Shown here: piece by piece, positions 1 through 11,083 of the stretch | Position numbering within the stretch: the stretch's first letter is position 1 | How the letters are laid out: every line of letters starts with the position of its first letter | Assembly (NCBI GenBank): GCA_030390025.1 | Contig: CM059432.1 | Location: forward strand, 57,476,001 to 57,540,000 | DNA length: 64,000 nt | Reading direction: 5' to 3' | Source of the DNA: Squalus acanthias | Lineage: Eukaryota | Notes under the pieces: model-generated | What the model saw: the letters and a program-made list of their open reading frames with translations, nothing else | What the model was told of the DNA's origin: nothing | The model's database searches: none | Program-made: the position numbers and the translations under genes

Positions 1-1717
1 TGACAGGCAGCGACAAGGGCAATGACGGAGTGGCAATGGTGGGAGCAGGAATGCTGTCATCCTGAGAGAGGACAGCAGGTTCCTGCTCCACTGACCCACT
101 GCCACTCCCCCGGGGTAGCACCTCAGCATCCCTAGCCATCTGTTGGAGCACAGATTGCTGGCCTGCTGTGACACCGTGAAAGCCCCGGTCGACGGTGGTA
201 GACCCAGCCACGATGGCAGCAGTCAGAGCTTGTGTGGCATCAAGCTGAGCCTGCATGAGAGCAATCTGAGATTGGATACCACCAAGCATAGACTGCTTTA
301 CAGCACTAAGACGTTGTGTCGCTTCCACCTATGCTGCAGTGGAAGCTGCCAGATCGCCCATCACACACGGCATCAGGTCTGGGTCACCACAGTCTCTCTG
401 GGAGTCTACCATCCTTTGCAGACTGCAAAAGATGGGCTCCATGGTGTGCGCAGAGCCTTGTGCAATGCTGGAAGCAGACCCCTCCACACTCCCTACCATT
501 GCCGAGAGGCTCTCGGGCACCCTTGCCATTGCATCTATCATCTCCATGTGCATGCCCAACACCCTTCTTCAAAATGGCTCCCCATCGAGGCCCTCATCTG
601 AGTCCTGTGCAGCAGAACTCGCGCGTAAACTCGCCCTCCGGGGAGCTGGCTCCCGAGCTACCCTTTCCCCCTGGCCTTGCTGTAGCCCACTAGTTCCACA
701 CTGCCTCACCCTGTGCAGATCCCGCTAGTATACTAGCCTCTAAAGAACACGTAGTGCCAGTATCTGAGCTGGTGCCAGCGGGTGAGACATGCAGTGACGC
801 AGTGTGTTCTTCCTCCTCCTCTTCTCCCACCTCGCTCTCTACCGTGCCTCAGGGACAGGCTGCTCAGGTGCTTGCTGATTATCTGAAAGCATAAAGGCAC
901 AAGAGTCAGGTTAAGCTGAGGGGAGGGGGACAGGAAGGGAGAAATGCATGCATACAGCATGATTAGCTGGAAAGTGTGACACGCTTGTGAGGTGAGGAGG
1001 AAGTGGGATGTGAGAAGAAGGAAAAGGGATAAACATACTATTGTTGTCCCCAAGAGGGTAAACGTCGCCGGTGGCCACGGCGCCCACCACCTGGCACCCA
1101 ATAATCTGCAGCACTTGATTATCCAGTGCAGACAGTGTTTGGGTGTCGGCTTGTCCCCCGCCTGTGCGCTCCTGCTCCCTCCTTTTGTGAGCCACCATGG
1201 CCTGCAAGAGAAAGGAAAGTGTGTGAGTGAGTGAGTGTGGAGCAATGTGTTTGGGTGATGTGCCTCCCATAGTTGAATAGCTGATATTGTGTGCAAGGTG
1301 TGAGATGTGGGTGTGAGTGTTGGTAGGTAGAGATTGTTGGTGGGTGAGTGCTGGGGGTGTGGCGCTTTGAGCAGTGTGTGAAGAGTATGGTTTAGATGGT
1401 GGTATGCAGCATTTGTTGAAGCATTCACTCACCCTGACCATACGAGTGAGGTTGTTAAATTTCTTCCTGCACTGTGTGGGGGTCCTGGGGACCACAGTGC
1501 TGCCCAAGACGTGCTGCGCTACCTCCCTCCACATGGTGCGGAAGACTTGTGGTGAGGGCCTCCTGCCACTTGCTGGGTAGAGCACCGCCCTCCGTCTCTC
1601 CAAAGTGAAAGCCAATGTCTCCAATGCTTCATCACAGAATCTGTGGACTCTCTCCCTGGGGCATGGATCTACCATGAGTACACCTGGTTCAGTCCTCTGG
1701 CTCCTTTTCCTTGTCAT
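1..1717 (-). pseudogene. Harbinger Myb/SANT DNA-binding protein gene, decayed; exons about 1717-1433, 1201-1039, 882-<1
   Basis: GT-AG splice sites at these positions. Exon 2 encodes AMVAHKRREQERTGGG...LQIIG. Exon 3 has frameshifts. Confidence 0.8.
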
Positions 1718-2034
1718 GCCTCTCCTTGCTGAGTCAGCTGCACAGCCAGCAATGCTGAGAATGAGGTACTGCAGCATCAATGAACCTTCCCTTTAATTAC
1801 TGAAAAAAGCCTGTGGCAATCATGACTTGTGATTAGACTGCACCTGATATTGGTCCACACTTTGAGTGTAACGCCAATGAGCTTGGGCTTTAAGACTTGA
1901 ATTAGGGCGCCAATCATTTTTTTGAGCAGTGAGCACGAATTTTGCGTGCCGTCTAAAGCATTAGTGCCTGCCGCTAATTCTCCAACTTTTCTACTGATAC
2001 CTCCCATTCCTTGGCTATAATGAATTTCTAGCCC
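1..2034 (-). mobile_element. PIF/Harbinger DNA transposon, Myb/SANT-gene half with one terminus (continues off the left edge)
   Basis: Myb/SANT-like ORF (RFCDEALETL...WREVA...RTPTQCRKKFNNL). TIR-like AATTTCTAGCCC at 2023-2034. Upstream region is similar to 37220-37422. Confidence 0.85.
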
Positions 2035-2218
2035 TTTAGTGTTCAACAATGGGTAGGTATTCAGTTGTGGAAAGGAATATTTTTAAACTTTTTTTTATTA
2101 TCAACAATGACTTCTAGGTTATAGCATAATATTAACACAGGTTATGGTTCCTTTTAGCTTGTCCGAACAATATGCTTTAACCTCAACTTCAGAAAAGCAC
2201 ACATCCAACTCAATCACA

Positions 2219-3050
2219 GCAGTGTTGTTTTAGTCCCATAAATAGTATTAATTTTAGTTTTAATCTTATCTCTGTACCTTGAGCTTTATTGTAACTTTGT
2301 TTTTAGCCTTCTTAAAAAAATGTAGTTCTAGATTTTAGGACTGAATTTACCATTCGGCACTTCTGGTAGGGAGTCTTGTCAGTCAGCAGTGCATATTTGG
2401 AAATTTGGCTTTGCATTGTCCACCAGTAAAATTAATGGCCAGAAAATCATGAGTAGTGCTGCCCAAATGTCAAATATATGCTGCCGGCCAGTAAGGCCCC
2501 CTGCCCACAGTGTAGATTCATAAATTGTCCTTTTAGTCTAGTTTTGTGATTCCAAGTTTTAGTCATGTTTCAGTTTTAGTCAATAATTTAGTTTTGCTCT
2601 CCATATTTGCATTCTACCCTTGTCAGGAACTTTTTTTTCTAAATTCATGTTCGAAAAACAATCATAGTTGTTGTCTCATTCTTTAGACAACTAACAAAGC
2701 CATAAGAGATTTTGAGAAATAATAAACCTTGTTTAACTAACAATTAAAACCATTTCAATTTCCAACATCTGTTTCAAAAATTGTGGACTGCTGACCATTG
2801 TTTCGTCCTAGAAGTAATTTTAATTTTAGTCTTAGTGTTGTCTCTTTATCTTAAATTTTAGTTTTAGTAATTGTAAGAAATTTTGGGAATGAAACTATTC
2901 TTGGGCGGTAACACAAAACGGACTTCAATGGTAAAGAAAATCAGGCGGTGTGTAGAACGGGCTACCGATTCACTATCGCCTGTTTTGCACTGTCAACCAA
3001 GACAAATTTAGATGATGAAAATACAGTAATTTTAGTCAATTAATATTTGT
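2219..3050. repeat. Degenerate AT-rich MITE-like element rich in TTTTAGT(C) motifs, with two small nested hairpin MITEs (~2338-2530, ~2884-3010)
   Basis: Many TTTTAGT/TTTAGTC copies. GGACTGAATTTA...TAAATTGTCC ends. Imperfect palindrome CTTGGGCGG..CAAAAC / GTTTTG..CCAAG. Confidence 0.4.
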
Positions 3051-4053
3051 ATCCTCATTTAAATAATCTGTCACTTTAGCAGTGTGATAATTATTTTTCT
3101 TACACCAGTCAACCTCATGTCTCTCAATAACAGGTTGGTTATTTGGTTAAGAAATCCAGGACAATTACCTACACTTACTCCCCAAGTGCTAGTTAGTTAA
3201 ATCAGTTGATGGGAACATTTAGATATCATCATGCAAGACTAACAGCTTAACAACACAAAGTCAACCACGTGTCCTTTTTAACTGTCTCAGACTTTATTTC
3301 AGATGTGAAATAAACAAAATGTAAAGTAGAATTAGGAAGCATTAGTTTCAAATTTACATTTGAGCATTCATTAAAATAATAGAAACTTTGATTACATAAA
3401 AATGAGGACATCAAAATCCCTGAGCTACAATTGCCCCAAAAAACATTTCAAAGACTAAGAGGAAGAATTGTCTCAAACAGATGGCAAAGGTAAAGATGGC
3501 ACATTATAAATGGTTGTGAATCAAGGGCAAAGGTAGCATTATGTCACTCTAAAAAAAATACATTTACCAGCAGGATCACACTGTTGCACCTGATGAATGA
3601 GAAGAGCAGCATGTGAACACAATCTACCTACCTTCTGGTAAATTATTTCATGCTATACATTGTCATGATATTCAACATTCTACAATATTGAATACATCTT
3701 GTTTATGCTAACATTATATGAATGGAAAAGACACATTATAATATTCACCAAAACACATATATAATATTCATGGTCCACTTTTGTTTGCATTCCATAAAGT
3801 TCCAGGCCGCGATTTTGACGGCGCTCAGAGGGCGGGTTTGGAGGCGGGTCAGAGGTTAAAATCTTTTTGATTGACAGCGGGTTGCGATCCCGCCATCAAC
3901 CCGCCTCCACGCTACTTTGCCAAGTGCCGGCTCTGGGAGTCCCAATCGGTCCCGCCACCAAGTGGCGGGAGAGACACTTAAGGCAGTTAACAGCTTGTTA
4001 ACTACCTAGATAAGCCGATTTTAACAGGGTCTTGAATTTTATTACATTTTCAG

Positions 4054-5123
4054 CGCAGGGCTGCACCTCGCCGCAGGCGATACCCCCAACACAGGGTTTA
4101 CAGGCCGAGGATGAGCTTCCTCAACTTGACTGAGCAGCAGTGCCAAAGGAGGCTGAGACTTTCGCGAGAGGTAGTCGCTGACGTCTGCACAATGCTGCAG
4201 CAACACCTGGAGCCCAGAGGAGCGGGTGGACACTCCTTACCAGTGGCTGTCAAAGTCACCACCGCCCTCAATTATTTTGCTTCAGGGTCCTTCCAGGGAT
4301 CATCAGCAGACTTCAGCGACATCTCCCAGTCAGCCACGCACACTTGCATCACGCAGGTTACCGGTGGCCTCTTTGCAAAGGCGCACAATTACATCCACTT
4401 CTCCACAGATGAAGCAAGTGTAACCGCGTGTGTGGTTAGCTTTGCAAATATGGCAGGCTTGCCAAGGGTGCAGGGCGTCGTAGACTGCACACATGTGGCC
4501 ATTAGGGCACCCCATCACAACCCAGCTGTATTTGTCAACCGCAAGGGCTTCCACTCCCTTAACATCCAGCTGGTGTGTAACCACAGGAAGAACATTATGC
4601 ATGTTTGTGCAAAGTACCCTGGCAGTTGCCATGACTCGTTCATCCTGCGGCAGTCTGGTGTGCCTCAGCTCTTCAATCCGCTAAAACAATTTTCCGGATG
4701 GCTACTTGGAGACAAGGGCTATCCCCTGAAGACGTGGCTAATGACGCTGTTGAGGAGGCCATCAAACGAAGCAGAGGAACGCTACAATGCCAGCCACATT
4801 TCCACCGAGCCATCATCGAGCAAACCATCGGCTTGCTCAAAATGCGATTCAGATGCCTTGACAGATCAGGTGGAGCCCTACAGTATGCACCAGCCAGGAT
4901 CTCCAGAATCACCGTGGTCTGCTGTGCACTGCACAATATCGCACAGCAGCGTGGCTTCCTGCTGCCTGAGGAACAAGTGGCTCAGCGCATAGCCTCCTCC
5001 TCCTCCTCCTCCTCCTCAGAGGAGGAAGATCTTGCGGAGGCGGATGCGCCAGTTCCACCAGCACGGGAGCACATTGCTGCGCGTGATGCAAGGGATGTAC
5101 TAATCTATGCCAGATTCGCTTAA
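4054..5123 (+). pseudogene. Harbinger (HARBI1-like, DDE_Tnp_4) transposase with one frameshift near 4805
   Basis: Motifs [53 protein letters not shown]; then, in the next frame, [17 protein letters not shown]...CCALHNIA. N-terminal start appears deleted. Confidence 0.93.
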
Positions 5124-5377
5124 GTTTACGAAGCAAACACATGTGGCTGCCACCTTCTTAACACACCATACACAATGTACAATAAACTGTGGGTTTCTAT
5201 CACTCTCTCCACCATCATTACAGATGAAAGGCGCCCTGACACCTCACTGTGACACTTCCATTTCTGGGCACACATAGGCTAACTCTTTGAATCTTTGTCA
5301 TCACATTTGTTTATTACAATTGAAATGGCAATCATTATATTCAATATGTATTACATCAAAAGTGACTACCCTTGTGC

Positions 5378-7309
5378 CTATAGGTGCTTAATCTTTCTCT
5401 TACGCGTGCTTCTACGTGGTGTCTCCCCTGTGGTTTCAGCAGATGTGGAGGCACCTTGCTCACTTTCATGCTGCTCCTGCTTCGACACCTTTGGCGGGCG
5501 TCCTCTGGGTTTGCGAGCCTGGGAGGGCTCGGCAACAGTCTGTTCCTCCTACGGCTGTGCAGGGGCTGAGACGGCCATCTCAGTTGGGTGAGGAGTCTGG
5601 TGGGGCTCTGACTGAGGGCTCCGCAGTGACATGGGAGTGTGAGTGTTTGTTGCCTGCCACCAACATCCCTCTCATGGGTCAGCCACACTTCAGTGCTAGC
5701 AAGTGGCTGGACAGCACCTTGCTGCACATCAGGGGGGCCATGAGGACCTGTATCTGCACTGGCAGTCCTCCTCAAAAGGACTTCCATGAAGCTCTGGTTT
5801 CTCTGCATAATAGCTGCCCATCGCTCCTCCAGAGATGTCAATCTATTCTGAACATTCACCATGTTTTCCAGACTCTGGCGACTTATTTCCTCCATGACCG
5901 TAGCCATCCTTTCCTCTACCGTAGCCATCCTTTTGACGGAGGTAGCCATCATTTCCACGGACGTTGCCATCCTATCCATGGTGGTGTGTTCATGTGCCAT
6001 TGCCTCCACAAAGGCAGTGCTCATGTTAAAGATGGAGTCCTCCATTCTCTCCACACTCGCAGTTACCCTGGATGCAAAACCTGCCAGAGACTCCTGCACT
6101 TGTTCCTGGAGTTCCAGCTCCGCTCTCTTTCTGGTTGGCCCCAGAGGCACAGGGTCCACATGCAGCTGAGCAGAGCTAGGAGTATCCTGCGGCCTCCGAC
6201 GAGGACTCTCCACTGCTGTCCCTGTCTCCACCATCTGCTGATGCTCACTTGTGAGGTGTGATACACCAGGTGACAACACTACTCTATCTCGCGAAGGACC
6301 CACTGAGGTGTGCGTCTTTGCGCTGGTGCTGGGTGCGCTTAATTCTGTTGATGCTGCGCCCTCAGAGGTTGCAGCTTCCTCTGAGGAGTCTTCCGGCTCT
6401 TCCTCCTGGACAGTGGGGAGGGGGACTCTCGATGGTCCTGTGGGGGAGTAAAGGCATGAGTTACACATGTGATATTAACGTAGCATGCACATCGAATTGT
6501 GCAGATGATCATAACTCAATCTGTATGAGCATCAGATTCCATATCAGTCATTCATGCAATGTAAATGAGAGGACTGCAAATCTATTCTGTCACCAGCTTG
6601 CTCTACTACGCCCATCTGACCGTCCCCCACTTCCAGATCCTCAGCACCTCCTATGATGTCCAGAGCAGCCTCCTCAGTGGTGGTCAGCTGGGCAATGGAA
6701 GGTGGCCCTCCTCCTGTCCTGGCCCTCTCCCTCTTATTGTGGGCTCTCTTTTCCTGCAATGAGGGACACAAGTGGAGTTGGAGTGAATGTAGAGAATCCA
6801 TAGCATAGATGCTTAGAAGGAGACAAAGATGGAGTGAGGTGCCTATACCAAGGGCCCTCCCTGTGCGTTGTTAGTTGTTGGCATTGCATAACAGTGATAG
6901 CGAGTGTGAGGGGTGCATAGTAGAATAGTGAAGTGATTCTGTACATAGAGAGAGAGGGATGGTTAAGGGTGCAAGGGATGTAAGGGTAAAGTGGGATGTG
7001 ACAATACAGAGTGCTGGTGATGAGAAGAGATGGGGAGCAGATTGAAGGTAAGTGTGATGTTATACTTACTTTTGCTGAGTGCAGCAGGTCATTAAACCTT
7101 TTTCTGCACTGCACCCAGGAGCGAGCACACAAAGATCTGGAGCTCACCTCCTCAGCAATTTGCAGCCAGGCTGCTTTGCTTTGCTGAGGAGGCTTCCTCA
7201 GTCCGGATGAGGGGACCAGTACCTCCTGGCGCCCTCTCACTCCCTCCACAAGAGCATGGAGGGAGTCATCATCAAAGCGGGGAGAGGCCTTAGCTCTTGT
7301 AGCAGTCAT
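5378..7309 (-). pseudogene. Harbinger Myb/SANT protein gene; exons 7309-7070, 6753-6594, 6437-5378; one late frameshift
   Basis: MTATRAKASPRFDDDSLHALVEGV...WLQIAEEV...WVQCRKRFNDL. Canonical splice sites keep frame (phase 0, then 1). Heptad repeats and basic C-terminus RRSTRKRKIKHL*. Confidence 0.88.
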
Positions 7310-7845
7310 GGGTACAATTTCAACAAGGAGAAGCAGCAGGAAAGGATGGATGTGAAACAAGGCTGCATGGGCCCCTTAAATACAGCTGGCTGACAGGCGT
7401 CAGCAGAGGCGAACCCACTAATTGGGCCCAGTAGCGCTCATGGAGACATTAATTAGGCCACTTAAGACAAAATCGTAGTTTCTGGGTGGCTGAAAGCGGA
7501 GGCGGGACCGGAACCCGCCGAACATCAGACCCGCACTCAACCCGCCTCCATTAATAAAATCGCAGCCGCAGTCAGAGTCCTTTGATGGCCAGCTCCGTAG
7601 ATTTGTTGGGGCAGCCGTGAGTACCATTGATGTGCTCTCATCACAGACACCCAGAGGTAGGGAGGTTTACTTACTGGTATAATCAGTAAACCTAATTACT
7701 AACCCTTTTACCTATTTAAAAATAACAATAATATGAACCAGTGGAAGAGAAAAACCCATTCAGCCTGCTCTGTCAACCAAATCTAATTTTAGGAACACCA
7801 TATAACTATTTAAAAAAATAGTTACCCCAAATTCACATGCACATT

Positions 7846-7989
7846 GGGGTGAATTTCCATGGGGTCTATCCCACTCATAAGCCGAAATCCCAGAAAAATG
7901 GTGTAAATGGCATTGGCGGCATTTTTCTGGGGTTTCAGCGGCTCTTCCACCGAAGATAAATGGGAGAACCCAGGCGAAAATTCAAGCCC
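7846..7989. mobile_element. Short palindromic Harbinger-type MITE
   Basis: Ends GGGGTGAATTT / AAAATTCAAGCCC. Internal inverted repeat GAAATCCCAGAAAAATG / CATTTTTCTGGGGTTTC. Confidence 0.55.
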
Positions 7990-9433
7990 GTAAAGCTTAT
8001 TTATCTTTTTGTGCAAGATAAGTAAACTGCCATTGTTCATAATGTTTGCATCTTGGTCCTTTATCTCAATTCAGACAATTGGTTACCATTTCAGATTAAA
8101 ATTTAAACAAAACCCCAGGGAGACAGTGCTGCGAAGTGATCCTGTGTCACGTAAAGGTAGGTCTTCCAACCTGCAAGAGTGCATCAGCAGCACCTGCCCC
8201 GGAAGGCCAGCTGGATCGTCATTGGATGAGAATTGCATCAGGTGCACCGTGGGCGTTAATGGGACGGTCGAGGTGCCCACCAACTTTCAGCTCCCAGCCG
8301 GCAGTTATTCGGGTGAGAAATGGGCTGCCGCAGTTGAAAATCTCTCTCCCAATCTGTTGACGCCGAGGTTAGAATACTAACAACCGAGCCAAATTGAATC
8401 ATGCATTGCTTAGAATTTCAAAAACTGCTTTGTAATTGCAGCATAATAATTGTTAATGCGTAACAATGATCTACAAATAATAACTTTCATATGTAGCAGA
8501 AAATATCTGGCAAACCACTGAATAGATCAATTATAGAGGGGAGCAATTAAATCCAAGTTCAAATGTGTTTTAATTTCACACTTATTTAGCATTCAGAATA
8601 TTATGTAAAGTCATTACTGGGATTATTGCAGTCTATCCCATCTCTAATTATTGGTTTAATTGGAGATTTTGTACCTGGTTATTCAGATGCTCAGAGCAGA
8701 ATTAAGAATTCTTGGGGCACCAAGAACATTTGGGGCCCATTTGCATCCCACTGCCTTAACCACACCCCCCCCCCCCCCCACCGCCACCCCAACCCGGATC
8801 CATTACAACCTACCCAAATGGATAAAGCTAGCCTGCTGCTCTATGGCGTTGTGATTCGCAGGCATTGAGGGGCAGCTTCTTCCTCTAATGAGATTGGGGG
8901 CGGGGAGGCTGAGCTCCTTGGGTTGTAACAGGCGGGCTGTCTATTGGCCCAGCGGTTTGGAAGGTAGCAAATGTAACACCGCTATTCAAGAAAGGAGGGA
9001 TAGAGAAAACAGGGAACTACAGGCCAGTTAGCTTAACACCAGTTGTCGGGAAAATGCTGAAATCCATTATTAAGGGCTCTTAGAAAATCATAATATGATT
9101 AGGCAGTGTCAGCATGGTTTTATGAAAGGGAAATCATGTTTAACAAATTTATTGGAATTTTTTGAGAATGTAACTAGCAGTGTAGATAAAAGGGAACCAG
9201 TGGATGTAATTTATTTGGATTTCCAAAAGGTATTCCTTAAGGTACCACATAAAAGGTTGCTATGCAAGTTAAGGGCACATGGGGTTGGGGGTAATGTATT
9301 AGCATGGATAGAGGATTGCTTAACGGACAGAAAACAGAGAGTAGGGATAAACGGATCATTTTCAGGTTGGCAGGCTATAACTCGTGGGGTGCCGCAAGGA
9401 TCAGTGCTTGAGCCTCAGCTATTTATAATCTAT

Positions 9434-10194
9434 GGCTCAGAAATTCCGTTCGCAGGCCTCCCGCGGGCGGAGGGCTGCGATCTGGAAAAAATCTGCGCCT
9501 GGACCAGAGGGCTCCCGGGAGGCGCAGAGTTCCGTTGCTGGGCATCTCCAAACTGCCGGTGCGCAGGGCCCATGTATCTCGGAGGCGCAGGCGGTTCGCA
9601 GCGTCCCTGGGATCACGTGGGCCATGGGAAGCCAATCAGAGAAGGGAATCTCCCTTCATACATTTGACAGGAAGACCTGTCAAATATATGAATAGAGATC
9701 ACCCCCAAAACATAGTAAAACTTAAATAAATTTTTAAAAAACATCACATTTTTAAAATGACTTTGAATTACTATAAATTAAGTATTTTAAACAAAAATTT
9801 TATATTTTGAAAAAAATAATTAAAGTTTTTAATGGGGCTAAAAATAAACTTACCTTTCTTTAAAGTATTTTTAAATGATAAATCAGTGGAAAATTTTTTT
9901 AAACTTTTTTTTTCAACACTTATCCTGGTAAAAGCAGGCCTTACGTCTGCTTTTACCAGGCGCAAGAATTGTAAGTGTTTTCTGCGGGCGGAGGGTCTCC
10001 AAAAAAAGTGGAACTCTCCACCCACAGAGGCCCTTCTCCCGGGCAGCCGGAGGATCTGTCAAGAGCTTTCTTGACAGATCAGAAATGCCGGTTTCCAGCG
10101 CATGCGCAGTGCATGCCTAAAACTGGCATTTCCGTTGGCCCTACGGGTAAGTACACAGCGCGTACACACCTGTAGGGAACGGAATTTCTGCCCC
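9434..10194 (-). mobile_element. Non-autonomous Harbinger-type MITE (761 bp) with internal hairpin array
   Basis: 18-bp TIRs GGCTCAGAAATTCCGTTC / GAACGGAATTTCTGCCCC. 3-bp TSD TAT/AAT. Interrupts CR1 RT. Homologous to 44032-44773 in opposite orientation. Confidence 0.9.
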
Positions 10195-11083
10195 AATATT
10201 AATGACTTAGATGAAGGGACTGAGTGTAATGTATCCAATTTTGCTGGCAATACAAAGCTAGGTGGGAAAGTAAGTTGTGAAGAGGACACAAAGACGGTAT
10301 AGACAGGTTAAGTGAGTGGGCAATAAGGTGGCAAATGGAGTATAATGTGGGGAAATGTGAGGTTACTCATTTTTTTTTAATTCGTTTTTATGGGATGTGG
10401 GCGTCGCTGGCAGGGCTAGCATTTATTGCCCATCCCTAATTGCCCTTGAGAAGGTGGTGGTGAGCCGCCTTCTTGAACCGTTGCAGTCCATGTGGTGAAG
10501 GTACTCCCACAGTGCTGTTAGGGAGGGAGTTCCAGGATTTTGACCCAGCGACAAAGAAGGATCGGCGATATACTTCTACGTCAGGATGGTGTGTGACTTG
10601 GAGGGGGACTTGGAGGTGGTGGTGTTCCCATGCGCCTGTTGCTCTTGTCCTTCTAGGTGGAAGAGGTCACGGATTTGGGAGGTGGTGCCGAAGAAGCCTT
10701 GGCGAGTTGCTGTAGTGCATCTTGTAGATGGTACACACTGCAGTCACGGTACGCCGGTGGTGGAGGGAGTGATTGTTTAAGGTGGTGGATGGGGTGCCAA
10801 TCAAGCGGGCTGCTTGGTCCTGGATGGTGTCAAGCTTCTTGAGTGTTGTTGGAGCTGCACTCAACCAGGCAAGTGGAGAGTATTCCATCACACTCCTTAC
10901 TTGTGCCTTGTAGATGGTGGAAAGGCATTAGGGAGTCAGGAGGTGAGACACTTGCCAGAGAATACCTAGCCTCTGACCTGCTCTTGTTGTCACAGTAAGA
11001 ACATAAGAAATAGGAGCAGGAATAGGCCACTTGGCCCCTCGAGCCTGCTCCGCCGTTCAATAAGATCATGGCTGATCTTGGGC

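Larger units (their letters stand above)
3805..7567 (+). mobile_element. Near-complete PIF/Harbinger transposon (transposase on +, Myb/SANT gene on -, convergent)
   Basis: TIRs GGCCGCGATTTT (3805-3816) and AAAATCGCAGCC (7556-7567). GGCGGG-rich subtermini. Both genes present. Possible CAG TSD (ambiguous). Confidence 0.95.

Noticed and set aside
3590..3620. CTGATGA as a third hammerhead or C/D box
   Set aside because: No stem II or GAAA partner at the right spacing.
4111..5123. Host HARBI1 gene
   Set aside because: Frameshifted, flanked by TIRs, paired with a Myb gene and multicopy in the window: a transposon, not the domesticated gene.
5416..6261. 281-aa plus-strand ORF and similar long antisense ORFs (733-1428, 22704-23123)
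   Set aside because: Shadows of TE coding or GC-rich sequence; low-complexity translations.
9095..9667. RT fused to a novel C-terminus (also 43199-44131)
   Set aside because: Read-through from CR1 RT into an inserted MITE.
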